This document shows positions 1 to 13,560 of a DNA stretch of 64,000 nt, piece after piece. Source of the stretch: Vicugna vicugna (taxonomy: Eukaryota); contig MU058423.1 in NCBI GenBank assembly GCA_013265495.1, positions 5,376,745 to 5,440,744 of the forward strand, written 5' to 3'. A program made the translations under genes and the position numbers. The notes beneath the pieces were generated by a model. The model was not told the DNA's origin. It searched no databases and saw only the letters and a program-made list of their open reading frames with translations. Position 1 is the first letter of the stretch. The number at the start of each line of letters is the position of its first letter.

Positions 1-1040
1 ATTAAATGGTGATGTAACAAATGGCTGGAGTCTGAGCATGCACTAGTGAGTGAGAATCTTCAAGGGCCACAATCTTAGATGGTTCCCACATTTTGTGGGT
101 TTTACTTCTAGGAACCCTACCAGGTTCTTGTAGTAAAGAACCAAGGAAGACCCTCTGGTGACTTTAGCAGGAATAGAGGAAGAGAAAATATGCTCACGAA
201 ATTATCTGTCACAAAGACCAACTCTGCAGAGAAAAGAGGTTACCAGAGTCTTATTGCACCTGGAGGGGAGGGGCATTTCTCTCACACCAGCTCCTCTAGC
301 CTTCCTGTCTCATCTAAGGGAAGGAGAGCTAAGAAACATTTGGCTCATTAAAAGAGTGAGAATTATGCTTAAGATGATAAAATGCTACCCCTCTCCCATA
401 CCTTACCAAGAGAGCTCTAGTATAATTAAGGTGGGCTACAGCTGAGAGAGCTGCAAAATGCAGGCTCCACTTGAGCAGGCGTTTTCATGGAAGCCCCAGT
501 CAAAAGCAGAGATAAAAACAAGAGCATCAGAGGAATTTGAAGCCTCTGGCAGTCACAGACTTTGCTTGCTACAACAAACATTAACTCCTATCCAGACTGA
601 TATTAAACCTCATACTAAAGCCTGTTATCTCAGTTGCTATTACCTAGTGCATCATATTTGGCTTTTAACAAAAAATTAAAAGACATGCTAAAAGGTAAAG
701 AAAAAACACAACTGAAGAATGAAACAAACAAACAAAACAGAGACATCAATACCAGACTCAAATATGGCACAGATTTTGAAATTAGACAGAAATTTAAAAT
801 AATTATGGCTAATGTAGTAAGGACTGTAATGCAAAAAGTAGCTAATACACAAGAACTGGTGGGTGATGTATGTAGAGAGATGGAAACTCTAAGATAAATC
901 ATAATAAAATGCTAGAAATCAAAAACTGTAATAGAAATGAAGAAATCCTTTCATGGGCTCATCAGTAGACAGGATACAGCCAAGCAAAGGATCAGTGAGT
1001 TTGAGGATAAGTCAGAAAATTCCCCTGCTGAAATGCAAAG
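1..1040 (+). mobile_element. Old L1 (L1M-type) 5' region and degraded ORF1 N-terminus, cut by the window start
   Basis: ORF 634-897 contains FKIIMANVVRTVMQKVANTQELVGDVCREMETLR, resembling the L1 ORF1 coiled coil. It continues in ORF1-like DNA (gggctcatcagtagac...gatcagtgagtttgag) with stops. Confidence 0.85.
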
Positions 1041-1514
1041 AATGCTGTTACTATGAAATAAGGAAAGTGATGTTGGCAGACAGCTCAACAGGTGCTCAAA
1101 GGTGGTGATATGGGTTGACACAAAAAATAATAACCAGAATACCTAATTAGAGTACAGAAAAGATTGTGAAATTAATGGCTTCTACATCTGTGCAACTGCC
1201 CTTTAAAAATGCCCTGCACTTTTCTTCAGTGGCACCAGAAAGACTTGAGCATGTTCTGTATGTCTTAGGCTATTATTTGCTTTTTCTTTTTTTAGTCATG
1301 TCTTAACATTTTATTATTTTCACTTATTTTCTTGTTAGATAATTCTATATTTAGTTTTTATAATTATGTATTATTTAAAATATCCCATGCTCTAACAGTC
1401 AGTGTTTTTAAATTCAGTTATTTAATAAAAACATACAAAGCAAATTAAGCACACATACACACACGATACCTTGGATGAAGTGTAAAGATTTATTCATGAG
1501 AATAGAATTAACGT

Positions 1515-2030
1515 GGTATAAGTCAGGGTTCAGTGAGGAGACAATAACTACACAATAATTTGAACAGAGGAAGTCTGTCATGGAGAATTATTAACAATCG
1601 GCTAGAGTAATGGGAAGTTGCTAATGATATTAAAGTTATAAAAATACAGTAATTGCAGATATAGGGGACAACCACTACCTCTAGGGTTGAGATAGAATGA
1701 CTCTCAAAGTACTCCCCTCCACCCACCAGGGTTGAAATTCAGAAGTTACTGGAGAAAGCACAGCCATGGCTTACTGAATGATGGAGAGTTTGCTGAGGTG
1801 TCACCAGGAGGTGCTGAAGGACCAGGCCTTGGGGTGTCAGAAAAAACGATTCAACTTAGACCTCCCTGTAAAGTCACCTGAGGGGGCGCTAGGGGAAGGC
1901 CGTGCACAGGAAGGTTGTCTTACCTGCGGCGGTTCACTGAAAAGCTGCTGGAAAAAGTACCAGAGGAATCCGCTGGCTCCTGGGTTAGTTGACTGCCAAG
2001 CGCTGTAGAAACTGGTAGCTTCCATGTTCC
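1515..2030 (-). mobile_element. ERVL-class LTR (3' LTR of the provirus), degraded
   Basis: Starts gtataagtcagggttcagtgaggagac...aatttgaacagagg. This matches the LTR at 4300 (tgtatcaggtagggttcaattaggagag...aatttgaacagag). The inner boundary is approximate. Confidence 0.7.
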
Positions 2031-4299
2031 ACGGTGCGTTGTTCTACACACATTCAAACTTCCCTACAACTCACATGACATGGTTATTTTATGTGAGTGT
2101 GTAAGTTCTCACCCTCTCCCCAACATGATGAAACACATGATTTTAGCTTCTTTGTGTCCAAGGCTGTTGACATGTTAGTGACTCCTCAAATTCTGTCACA
2201 GTGTCACTGAATAGCATTACATAAAGAAGTGTATAGTTGCTCGGCAATAATTTGTATATACAATAAAAGTGGGAAGGAGAGTGAAGAAGAAAATGGGAAG
2301 CAAACACAGATAAATTATCTGTGGAGAGAGAGAGAGCTGGAGAGAATACTGTTAACTACAGCCCTCATTTCTGCATTTGGTCTCAAAGCTGCAGTAGATT
2401 CTTATGAGTTCCTTCTTCTACTGCCCGTTTCATATTTCCCCTGCCCTCAGCCAGAGCTTCAGCTGGTCAGGGATTTTCACCTAGTGAGGTGACCCATTTC
2501 TTTATTCTTGAAGATCTGAGTCCTCCTGCTATTTTTCGGTTGCTTAACTTTTTCATTATGTTTCACTGTTGAGCATGGAAGTACTAACAGGTGGCCCCTA
2601 GAATCATCCGGGATCTAGACTTAGTTCTCCTTGACTCCATCTTCCGTTGGTGACTGGAATCAATGACTCTAGCCTGCAGAACAACCTCTTTCTGCCTATT
2701 GGTTCAGTAGCATAAGGAGCTTAAATATACAGATGACAATCTCATTTTTTAATTCAATGAAACCATTGTTGTGGCATTGGTTGAAGGACTGCCCCCTTGG
2801 CAACTAAGGCTTCTAAACCACAAGAGCCCAAAGTTGCCTGAATAGGAAACAGAATTTCTCCAAGTGAGTTACGGTGTATAATAGTGAGAGAAGCCATTCC
2901 CATTGCTACCCCTTGATTCTCAGACTCATGTGTTCTAGCTTTAAAGTGGTAGAATCATACGACGATCTGATTCAAAATATATACTGCATCCTGTGAGACA
3001 GAACTATGTCCACTGTCTTCCAAATGGTGATCTGAGACTTCAGTAAGCCATTCCACCTTTCAGTTAACTCAGAGACTTTTATGAGTGATGTGCGATGTAG
3101 CAAGAAAAGTAACATCATGGACCTGAGTTGATAGGTGCATTTCCTTTTCTATGAAATTAATTTGCTGATCAGACACAGTGCTGTGTAGGATAACATGAGT
3201 GTGGATAAGAATTCTGCGTGTCCAAAGACAGTGGTGCCGGCATTCCACAGGTGGTGGTACTGGGCAAGGAACGCAGGTCCATACTCGGAATGTATCTCTT
3301 CCAGTGAGGACAGATCTCTGCTAATCTCTGTTAAGTAACTGAAAAGATTCAATGTAAGTAATCTGCCACAAGGTGGCTGTCCTTCCTGGATAATAATGCC
3401 ACAGTGGCTCAGTGTTGGTCTCTGCTTCGACAGATTCAGACCAACTGCAGTGCTGGCCAGAACAGCAATGGTAAGTGGAACTCCAGATTGTCAAGCCCAT
3501 GTCTAGCCTCCATCTCTACCACTATGGCCACTCAGTTAGGGGTCTAGTGACGATAGTGGGTAGTTTGGGTGGGACTTAAGAGGAATTTTCGTCTTCTTTG
3601 CAGGCATCTTACCTAGGGAGGGTTATCATAGACCTCCCAGCAGGGAAAGGCTGGTCTTCTCAGACACTGGAGGGCGGGCTACTTCCTTTCAGCAGTAAGG
3701 GAAATGCAGAATAATCTGAAAGTTCAACATCGTCAGGTCCATAAGATTCAAATCAGATGTCTCCATTCCAGGTTTCAGGATCACATTCCTAAGCAGCAGT
3801 GCCTTCACTTTCACATGAAAACTTGACAAGACTGAATTCAAGTGTTTTAAAACAGTGACATGCAGGTTTAAATTTTGTGCCTTTTTTCCAGCAGTGTTAG
3901 ATCTGTGCCTACAAGAAACAAGAGTTGGCTTTAGGGTTGTCACAAAACTCTGTTTCTCAGACTGAGTTGATATGATAGTTGATGGACTGGGTCTTACCGT
4001 TTTATTTCTGTAATTACTCAAGTACATTTGAAAGACTCCACCCCATACTACACTGCTTTTTGTTGCAGAACCACCAGAAAAATCAAGCACGAGTTTCCAA
4101 AGCATGTACTTGAGCTGGTATTCCACTACAACCAATCCTAGGTGGTAAACTGTGATGCTATTCCCTGTCACGAGGACTAACATCTTATTTTCCACTGGCA
4201 TGAAGCTTAGCATTGCCCTAAGCCTACGAATTCAAACTAACCATCCCAGATTCCTGTTTTCATGAGTCTATACCCTGGCATTACTCCTGGTACCAGTGC
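2030..4299 (-). mobile_element. ERVL internal region (degraded gag, integrase and dUTPase-like remnants)
   Basis: Minus-strand PBS-like TGGTACCAGGAGT at 4283-4295 abuts the LTR. 2350-3550 resembles ERVL pol/integrase/dUTPase DNA. A stop-containing gag-like frame reads KQCSMGWSLSNVLE* near 4015-4060. Confidence 0.75.
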
Positions 4300-6208
4300 T
4301 GTATCAGGTAGGGTTCAATTAGGAGAGAGAGATCAAAATTTGAACAGAGAAAAGTTTGAATAATAATTGACATTAGTCAATTCAATTCATCATTATCCTG
4401 GAGAACTGGCTGAAGAGAGTTAAGAGAACTTGTAAGAATATGGCAGTATCAGTTGCAGGGAGCAGCCACTGTCATGAGACCAAGATATGAAGCCCCAAGG
4501 AACAGGTTCTTCACCTCACCAAGGCGACGACCCAGATTTTATTGGAGGGGACATCTCTGTGGCTCACTAGATGACACATAAGTTGTTTAAGAGGCTTGCT
4601 GGTGAGATTTGTTAGAAACCTTTATTTTACAAAGGAAAGTCTTCCACTGGGAGGGCACATTCCTTAAACTCACTATAAATTAACAAAACCAAAAGCTGGT
4701 TCTTTAAAAAAATAAGAAGATAGATAAGGCTCTTGCCACGCTAACCAAGAAAAAAAAGAGAGAACACAAACTACAATACCGTAAACGAAAGAGAGGAAAT
4801 CACTACACATTCCATGGACATTAAAAGGATAAAGGAATACTGTGAATAACTCTATGTCCACATATTTAATAATCTTGAAGAAATGGAGCAATTCTTTGAA
4901 AGATGCAATCTACCAAAACTCACATGAGAAGAAACAGAGACTCTGAATGGGCCTATATTCATTAAGGAAATTGAATCAGTGATTAGTAACCTTCCAAAAC
5001 AGAAAACTCTGGGCCCAGATGGGTTCGCTAGTGAATTCTGCCAAGCATTTAGGAAGGATTTATAGCAATTTTCTGCAATCTCTTTCAGAGCAGAGAAGCA
5101 GAGGGAATGCTTCCTACCTCACTCTATGTGGCCAGCATTATCCCAATACCAAAATCAGTCAAGGACATTACAAGAAAAGAAAACTGTAGACCAGTCTCTC
5201 TCGTGAATATAGATGCAAATATCCTCAGCAAAATATTAGCAAATCAAATCCAATAATGTACACAAAGAGAGAGCAAATAGATCAGTGGTTTCCAGGGGTA
5301 GTGGGGGAGGAGTAGAGGAATGAAAGGGCAGAGCACATGGAACTTTTAGGGTAGAGGAATTCTCTGTATGATACGGTAATGATGAGTGCATGTCATGCAT
5401 TTATGTCAACCCATAGAATGTGCAATGCCAAGAGTAAACCTTACTATAAGGTATGGACTTTGGGTGATTATGATGTGTCAGTGCAAGTTTGTCAACGGTA
5501 ACAAACATGCCCGTCTGATGGAGAACATGGCTAATGAGCGAGGCTATGCATGTGCAGGGTCAGGGACATGTGGGAAGTCTCTCTACCTTTTTCTCAAATT
5601 TGCTGTGAACTTAAAACTGCTCTAAAAATAAAGTCTTTAAAAAAAAATACCTTGCTATAAACTCACCTGTGGAGGTGTTAGCAAGTCTGCCCATGGGAAA
5701 GTGCCTTATCTGGCATTCCCCTGGAAAAATGCCAGCGGAGATGCTGGAGGAATTTGCTGGCTGATCAGTGCTGTATCTTACTCCTGTGTGAAGGAACCAG
5801 ATAGCAAGGACAGGTCAGCAGCAGATGCGTGCTGAAGAAAGTATACTGTGCTGAAGTCAGGTGCTAGAGAAAGCTATGCACTTCAAGAAATTCACAGGTG
5901 AGAAAATCATGCACTTTATTATTAAATCATGCACTTTATTACTAAGTGCTGGAGAAAGTGTGCTTTGTAGTACCCTAGAGATGGACAGAAATGTTCAAAC
6001 TCGGGAGCCTAGTGCTAGTAAAATCATACTGTAGAAATCTGGCAAGTGAGACAAACAGCCACCAGGAAGAGAACACCCCGTGCTCCTCCTGTATCTTTCC
6101 AGAGCCCTCTGCTAGCATGGGAGACATTTCCACAGCTGCCTCCCTTATCGCAGAACAGGCAAAGAAAGGTGCTTCTGGCTGTGAGAGGTAATAAATTTAA
6201 AACACACA
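4300..6208 (-). mobile_element. ERVL-class 5' LTR, interrupted by an L1 insertion
   Basis: TG start at 4300 next to the PBS. Ends ...gctgtgagaggtaataaatttaaaacacaca, similar to recalled ERVL LTR termini. Confidence 0.65.
4674..5648 (+). mobile_element. L1 (L1MC-like 3' UTR), 5'-truncated and internally deleted
   Basis: ORF2 DNA (gggcccagatgggttcgctagtgaattc = GPDGFASEF) runs to ~5268 and joins a 3' UTR ending aataaagtctttaaaaaaaaa. taaactcac occurs on both flanks as a degenerate TSD. Confidence 0.9.
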
Positions 6209-7300
6209 AGTATTATTACAGTATTGGCTCAAGTTTTAATATGAATTATTGCCTCTTAAATTCTAAAGAGCTAAAATAGACCTTCAGTTGATTTCTAAAC
6301 ATGCTCTAGAGGATAAGGCACTGATTTCAGTGTTACTAATCGTATGCCTTCAGCAAGTTCTCTAAGCTTCAGTTCCTAAACCTTAACATGGGGGGATATT
6401 ATTATGTGTTACAAATTGTAGAGAGCTATAAAAATAAATTCTCACTGATTTAATTATTGTTGTTGGAAAATATTCCATAGGGGAACATCATGATGGGTCT
6501 TAAAGAGTCTTTGATGTATGAAAGAAATTAGATGTGTTTCTTTCATACCGACTTTAAATTTTAAAATGTCCTACAGATATGAAGGAACTAGAGGCCATCT
6601 TGAGCTCTTTCACTGCTTTAAAATACGTTTCCTGTTAGACATTTTCCTAGGATAAGTGTGAAATCAATTGAAAGTTGTGATTTTGTTCCCTCTGCACACA
6701 CAAACACACACACACACACCCCTCCTTGCATGGTAGGAGGAGAAAAGAAGCACACATGTGTTTTAAGCTTTTCTCATATATTGCATTTAGGTATAAATTC
6801 CAGAAAAAAATATATAATAATTGTGAGAATAGTTATTTTTAACATTTTAAAAATTTAAGTATATTTGATTTACAGTATTGTATTACTTTCAGGTGTAAGG
6901 CAAGGTGAATTGGTTATGTATTTTATCAGATTATATTCCATGATAAGTTTTTACAACATATTCTAATTCCTCATGCTATATGATGAATCTTTGTTGTTCA
7001 TCTATCTTACATATAGTAGTTTGTATCTGTTAATCCCATACTCCTAATTTCTTCTCCCTCCCATCCTCTCTCCCTTGGGTAATTATAAGTGTGTTTTCTA
7101 TGTCTCTGAGTCTGTTTCTCTTTTGTATATAGATTGACTTATATTATTTTTTAGACTCCACATATAAGTGATATCATATACTATTTGTCTTTGTCTGTCT
7201 GACTTACTTCATTAAATATAACATTCTCTAGGTCTGTCCATGTTGCTGCAACTGTCGGTATTTCATTTTTTTCTTTTTTATGGCTGATAAATATTCCAGA

Positions 7301-7301
7301 G

Positions 7302-7336
<35 letters not shown>

Positions 7337-7338
7337 GT
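7301..7338. repeat. (GT)n microsatellite inside L1
   Basis: About 19 GT units with one interruption. Confidence 0.95.
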
Positions 7339-10300
7339 AAGACATCTGCTTAAGTCAGGCATCTGTTGATGGGCACTTGGGTTGCTTCCATGCCTGGGCT
7401 GTTGCGTCCATGCCTCATGCTGTGAGCATGAGGTGCATGTATCTTTTCGAATGAGTTTTCCTCTTTTCCAACTATATACTCAGGAGTGGGATTCCTGGAT
7501 CACATAGCAGCTCTATGTTTAGTATCTTTAAAGAAATTCCATCCTGTTTTCCGTAGTGGCTGCACCAGTTTACATTTACACTGGCAGTGTAGGAGAGTTC
7601 CATTTTCTGCACACCCTCTCCAGGATTTATTATTTGTAGACTTTTTGATGATGGCGATTCTGGCTGGTGTGAGGTGATACCTCATTGTGGTTTTGATTTT
7701 CATTTCTCTAATAATTAGCAATGTTGAGCTTCCTTTCATGTGCCTGTTGACCATCTGTATGTCTTTCTTCTTAGGAAAAATATCTGTTTAGGTCTTCTGC
7801 CCATTTTTTGATTGGATTCTTTGTTTTTTCGGTATTGAGTTGCTATGAGCTGTTGTATATTTTGGATATTAACCTCTTGTCAGTCACATCATCTGCAAGT
7901 ATTTTTCTCCTATTCTGTAGGTTGTCTTTTCATTTTGTTGATGGTTTCTCTTGCTGTGCAAAGCTTTTAGTTTGATTAGGTCCCATTTGTTTATTTTTGC
8001 TTTCACTACTTTTGCCTTGGGAGACTGATCTAAGAAAATTTGTCAGAGAATGTTCTTTCTATGTTCTCTTCTAGGAATTTTATGGTGTCCTGTCTTATAT
8101 TTAAGTCTTTAAACCATTTTGAGTTCATTTTTTTATATGGTGTGAGGAAGTGTTTTAATTTCATTGATTTATATGAAACTCTCCAGCTTTCCCAACAGCA
8201 CTTGTTGAAGAGACTGTCTTTTCTCCATTGTATACTGTTGCCTCCTTTGTCATAGACTAATTGACCAAAAAGTCTGTGGGTTTATTTCTGGGATCTCTAT
8301 TCTGTTCTATTGATCCATATGCCTGTTTTTGTGTCACTGGCATGCTGTTTTGATTACTACAGCTTTTTAGCATTGTTTGAAGTCTGCAAGTGTTATACCT
8401 CCACCTTTGTTCTTTTTCCTCAGGATTGTTTTAGCAATTCTAGGCCTTTGGTGGATCCACATAAATTTTAGGATTATTTTTTCCAGTTCTGTGAAAAATG
8501 TCCTGGGTAATTTGATAGGGATCACATTAAATCTGTAGATTGCTTTGGATAGTATGGCCATTTTAACAATATTTATTCTTCCAGTCTAAGAGCATGGAGT
8601 ATCATTCCATTTCTTTGTATCATCTTTCAGTTTCTTTTATCAATGTTTTATAGTTTTCAGAATTTAAATATTTCACTTCTTTGGTTAAGTTTATTCTTCA
8701 GTATTTTATTTATTTTTTGATGCAATTTTAAACTGGATTTTTTTTTTTACCTTCGCTCTCTGATATTTCATTACCAGTGTAAAGAAATACAAAAAATTTC
8801 TGTGTATTAATCTTGTGTCCTGCCATCTTGCTAAATTCATTTATTAGTTCTAATAATTTTGTGTGGAGACTTACTTAAGGTTTGATATATAGAGTATTAT
8901 GTCATCTGCAAATAATGAGAGTTTTACCTCTTCATTCCAATCTGTGTATTTTTTATTTCTTTTTCTTATCTGAATGCTGTGGCTAGAACTTCCAGCACTA
9001 TGCTGAATAGAAGTGGTAAGAGTGGGTATCCTTGTCTTGTTCTGAAATTTAAGATTGTTCTTGTTTCCTGAGGTAGGCCTGTATCAGTATGAGCTTCCCT
9101 GTTACCACTGCTTTTGCTGCATACCATAGATTTTGTAAGGTTTTTTTTTCACTTTCATTTGTCTCTTTATCTTTAAATTTGCCATTTTAATTATGATATG
9201 TCTTGGTGTAGGTGTTTTGGGGTTCGTCTTATTTGGGACCCTCTTTACTTCATGTACGTGGATATCTGTTCTCTTCCTTAGGTTTGGGAAGTTTTTCAGC
9301 CATAATTTCTTAAAATACATTTTTGATCCCCTTAAGGTTCTATTCTCCTGGAACTCCTATCATTACCATAGATTGGCATACATTATATCATCCCATAGAT
9401 CTTGTACGTTTCTTTCATTTTTTTTTTTATTTGTGTTTCTGTCTGCTGTTCTGATGGTGTGATTTCCATTATTCTATCTTCTAGACCACTTATTTGTTCT
9501 TCTGTGTCATTTAGACTGCTACTCATAGCGTGTAGATTTTTTTTTTAAAAATCTCAGCATCTGTACTGTCTCTTTTTTATTAGTTTGTCTTATAGTGTCT
9601 ACTTTCTTGCTGCAGTGACCTGCATTTCTCTAGGCAATCTTTGTTAAATCCTTTAGCATTTTTATTATCTCATTTTTTTAATCTCGGGTTTAGTAGACTG
9701 GTAAGATCTGTTTTATTATTTATTCTTTTAGAGGATTTCTCTTGTTCTTTCAATTGGGAGTAGTTCCTCTGATTTTTAATTTTACTTAACCTTCTCTGTG
9801 TCTATGAATTTAGGAGAAACTATTATCTGCTGTTGTGTTAAAGTGGTGATTTTACTTGGGAGTGTCCCTGTGTGGGCTGTTTGTGTCCAATATTTTTTAT
9901 GTGAGGGTTTTGGTATGGATGCCAGCCTTGTCTTTCCTCAGAGTGTGCTGGTCATATGTGCTGGTTATGTCCTTCGTAGAGGTGTGGGTGCAGGATGTGA
10001 GAAGGGGCTTTCTCTCTGCTCTGCAGCTGTTGCTGCCCCATCAAGAACAAGGTCTGTTCCACAGCTGGAGTAGAAGCCCCAAGGTGGGTTCAGTCAGCCT
10101 CCTTTGCCCTTGAGCGTGTGCCCTGCCCCAGAGGAGGTGATTGTGAAGCGATCGAGGTCACTGGTCATCTATAAGCCAACTGATGAGGTATCTGCAGTTC
10201 CACTCGGTAGTAGCCCAAGAATATGTCCCTTTCTCTGTTGTGTTTGTCCCAGATCTAGTGCAGAGCTGTGGTGTGGAGTAGGCTAGGGTTGGGTGTCAGC

Positions 10301-11112
10301 GCATAGTGGCTGCAGGAATTGATGTGGCTGCACTGCTGCCTGGAATCTGGGCTGCCTCTGTGACAGACTTCTCCAAGGATCTGTCTGCTCCAGACCTAGC
10401 ACTAAGCTGCTGTTTGGAGTGGGTGGAGCCAGGGCGCTCTTGCTGGGAAACAGACTGTTGGGCACTCCTGCTCGGGACCTGTCTTCTCAGTGCTTAGCTG
10501 CCATGTTCTTTTGTGGCTCTGCCAGCTTTGTGTGCTGACAGTGGCCTTTGTGGTTCCTTTAGGATCACAAGCTAGATGCCCCTGTCTATCTCTGTGTAGG
10601 TAGACCAAATATTTGCCCAGGTCTTTGGCCAGGCTGTGGTTTGGAGTGAGTGGGGGACACAGTGTTCAACGCTTCAGATTGCAAAGGGCAGCAAGGTGGC
10701 AGCCGCCAGTGCAAGACTGATTGTTAGCAAGGCTGCAATGCATACAGTAGAGACTAAGCTTCTCCAGTCCTTCTGTCTGTCTCAGTGGATTTCCCAGCAG
10801 GCAAGACGGCTTCTCTCCAGGCAAGACCCCAGGACTGAATGCCCAGATTTTTGCTTGACCTACTCAATCACTGGGGCAATGATTGACCCACGTGGACCTT
10901 CTCTTCCTTACAGATTCCTCCCAGAGGCTTATGTCCTGATTTGATGACTTTTTTTTTTCCCTGTCCTTCCTGATTACATAGAGATCTTTCTTGCAGTTTT
11001 GGTTAAGTAGGAGTTCTTCTGCCAGTCTCCAATTAGTTTTCTGTGAGAATTTTCCACATATAGATGTATTTTTGATGTATTTGTGGGAGATGAGCTCCAT
11101 GTCCTTCTACTT

Positions 11113-11121
11113 CGCCATCTT
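11113..11121 (-). promoter_or_regulatory. YY1 motif (AAGATGGCG) at the L1 5' end
   Basis: cgccatctt on the plus strand, about 10 nt inside the L1 5' terminus, where L1 promoters carry a YY1 site. Confidence 0.7.
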
Positions 11122-11199
11122 GATTCCTCCCTTCAAAAAGTTATTTTTTTTTATTTGACTCAGGTTTTAATGTGGTTTCCATAATGATTGGCTATAAAA

Positions 11200-12303
11200 A
11201 AAAGTTCTCTATTCGTTTGAAAAAGATTTTTAGATCATTTATGGGAAGTACGTTAATTTCCAAAAATTTTATTTTAGTAACAAACAAATACTGAAGTATT
11301 TTAAATGAATCATTAATATTTATAAAGATAATCATGATATTCACCTTGGCCTATCGCTAGGATTAATTGCATGATTTTCCAGTTTGAAATTTTTGTTTCC
11401 TTTCTTTCCAAGTTTGGTTGGTCTGTTTATGTTTTTATATCTAATATTTATTTAACTCAAGTTACATTTAAAAATATGGATACTTACATTTATATTTGGT
11501 GATAGTTTTCAAATCTTTTATTTCTTCCCAGTTTTTCTTGTATTTAAAAAAATCTATTTTATCTCTTATTATATATCTACTTTGTTTCTACAGTTAGAAT
11601 ATAATTTTCACAGTGTTAGAATTTTTTTGTTATTTTAAGGGATTAGTTCTTCAATTTATTTTAAAATGCTGTACTTCTTCCTGTATCCAGGTGCGACCTT
11701 CCTTCCTTCCTTCTTTCCTTCCCTCTTCTCCTTCCCTCTCTCCCTCTTCTCTCTTTCTCTTTCCTGCTTTTCCCCCCTGATTTTACAGATGTGGGGGCTT
11801 GGTTTGTTTTATTTTTCTAACTTTTGTATTTTCTGACTTAATAACTTTTCTTCTTTCTTAATGAATCATTTCATGCTAAGTGGTACTGGTGTTTGTGTCA
11901 TTGTAGCCTTGCTTCTTTTAATTATTAAGATCACTATTTTATTTTGCAAACTACTGTGTAAACTACTTTTGCATGTGGTGTTTATTTCCTTTTTGATGCG
12001 ACACATACTCATAAACTAATTTTACAGAAAAATTTCAGCAACATGAAGATATAAATTTTATATTTTACATCAGTTAAAAAGTTATTGTTCAGTTTATTTC
12101 AATATCTGCTACTCTTGGGAATTCACTGATAATTTCATGGTTGTCTAATATAGCACCTATGTTTGTACTTAGTCAAATATTCTTAAAGTAAAATCTGAAT
12201 ACATTTATAATTGTATAAGAAATATTTCTAATGTAACTTTTGTAAGTGGAAGAAGACTAAGCTTTATCCACTACTGTGGTATATTGCTTATAAGAGTCCT
12301 GAG

Positions 12304-12336
<33 letters not shown>

Positions 12337-13560
12337 TAATATAATATAAATAAATAAATCTTATTAAATTGTGAATAAGTGATACAGTACTAATATTAAC
12401 CCATAACCATTAAACAAGTATCATACATTTTAGAATACCTTGATGATTGTTTTTATCTCCATGATCAGTTAAAAGGTGATTATAACAGATTAAGTTCTCC
12501 CTAACCAATTAAACAATCTACACTATCTTTGTATACTGACATAAAATGATTTTAAAAGCTCTACGTGGCCAGTGCAGAAAACTTGCCAATATGTGTATAA
12601 AAATGTATAATTATTAAAAAAAAGTATAAGTATTAAGCACTTATCTACTTGTCCCCATGATTCAAGTGTAGTTACTCGTAGTATTCAAGTTTGTATCCTC
12701 TTATGTATGCTTGTCATAATACAGAAATTACGTGTTATTTCATATTTTTCATATTTTAAATTATATGAAGTCTACAAGTAAATGTTTAATTTACTTAAGC
12801 TTTAATCTACCTAAAAAATGTTCAATGTAGTGCCCTGTGCTCTTTTTTCCTAAAATATCTTAGACTGCATAACTTAGAGGATTCTTTAGAACTTAAGAAA
12901 TATATATAATATGTATCTTTGTGTATAGGTTACTACAGTTAAATGTATATAAAACTGTGGTTTTTAATATTTTGTACATAACTAACATTTACCAGTAATG
13001 CCATTAATATCTTCTGATAGTAATACTTTCACATTTATCTTATTTTTAAAAGGAACATAACAGTCTACACTACAGATGTATACCTTGGCTTACTGAATTA
13101 TTCATCTCTTGATGGGTAATTCAATTGCCCCTTATATTCGCTATTAAAAATATGTCTTCAACAAACAACTTGTAATATGAATGTCATTGCATAGAGCTCT
13201 ATAAATGGAAGTGCTAGGTCTAATAGTGGAAAATTTTTAGAATACTGATAGATACTTCTACCAGCCTATAAAGCAACTTAATGTGAATTAAGAAAATACA
13301 CACTAGTTTTATAGGTAGATGCAGCCCTGTCCCAGGACAGAAGGCTTGTCTAATGGAACACAGGCTTCCTCCATTTCCCTCCTTGGCCTGTCACCATTGA
13401 TAAACAACTTGCACATCTACGTATGGCAGCCCTGCATATTGTACTCCCCAAACTGTGGAATATACTCTCCTGCTAATACTGTCTGAATATATCTTATTGT
13501 TATTTTAATTTGCATTTTCATCCTTTTATATATTCATTACCCTTTTGTCATTACATGCTT
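11200..13560 (-). mobile_element. Very old, fragmented L1-like (L1ME-type) sequence
   Basis: T-rich degenerate sequence with antisense L1 3'-end motifs (gaagtgctaggtc, tattgttattttaatttgcattt). Boundaries are uncertain. Confidence 0.4.
12303..12359. repeat. (AAT)n / (AATAT)n / (AAAT)n compound microsatellite
   Basis: Directly visible. Confidence 0.9.

Larger units (their letters stand above)
6841..11131 (-). mobile_element. L1 retaining both termini, with two large internal deletions
   Basis: 3' UTR and ORF2 C-terminus ([19 protein letters not shown] 7500-7754), a short mid-ORF2 block at ~9047-9165, an ORF1 remnant (PRHIIIKM) and a GC-richer 5' UTR. The sense 5' terminus is gggaggaatcaagatggcgaag. 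agttattttt occurs at 6831-6840 and 11139-11148. Confidence 0.92.

Noticed and set aside
3689..4213. 174-aa ORF at the ERVL gag position as a possible domesticated gag
   Set aside because: The gag-like residues (KQCSMGWSLSNVLE*) are in a different, stop-containing frame, so the open frame looks fortuitous.
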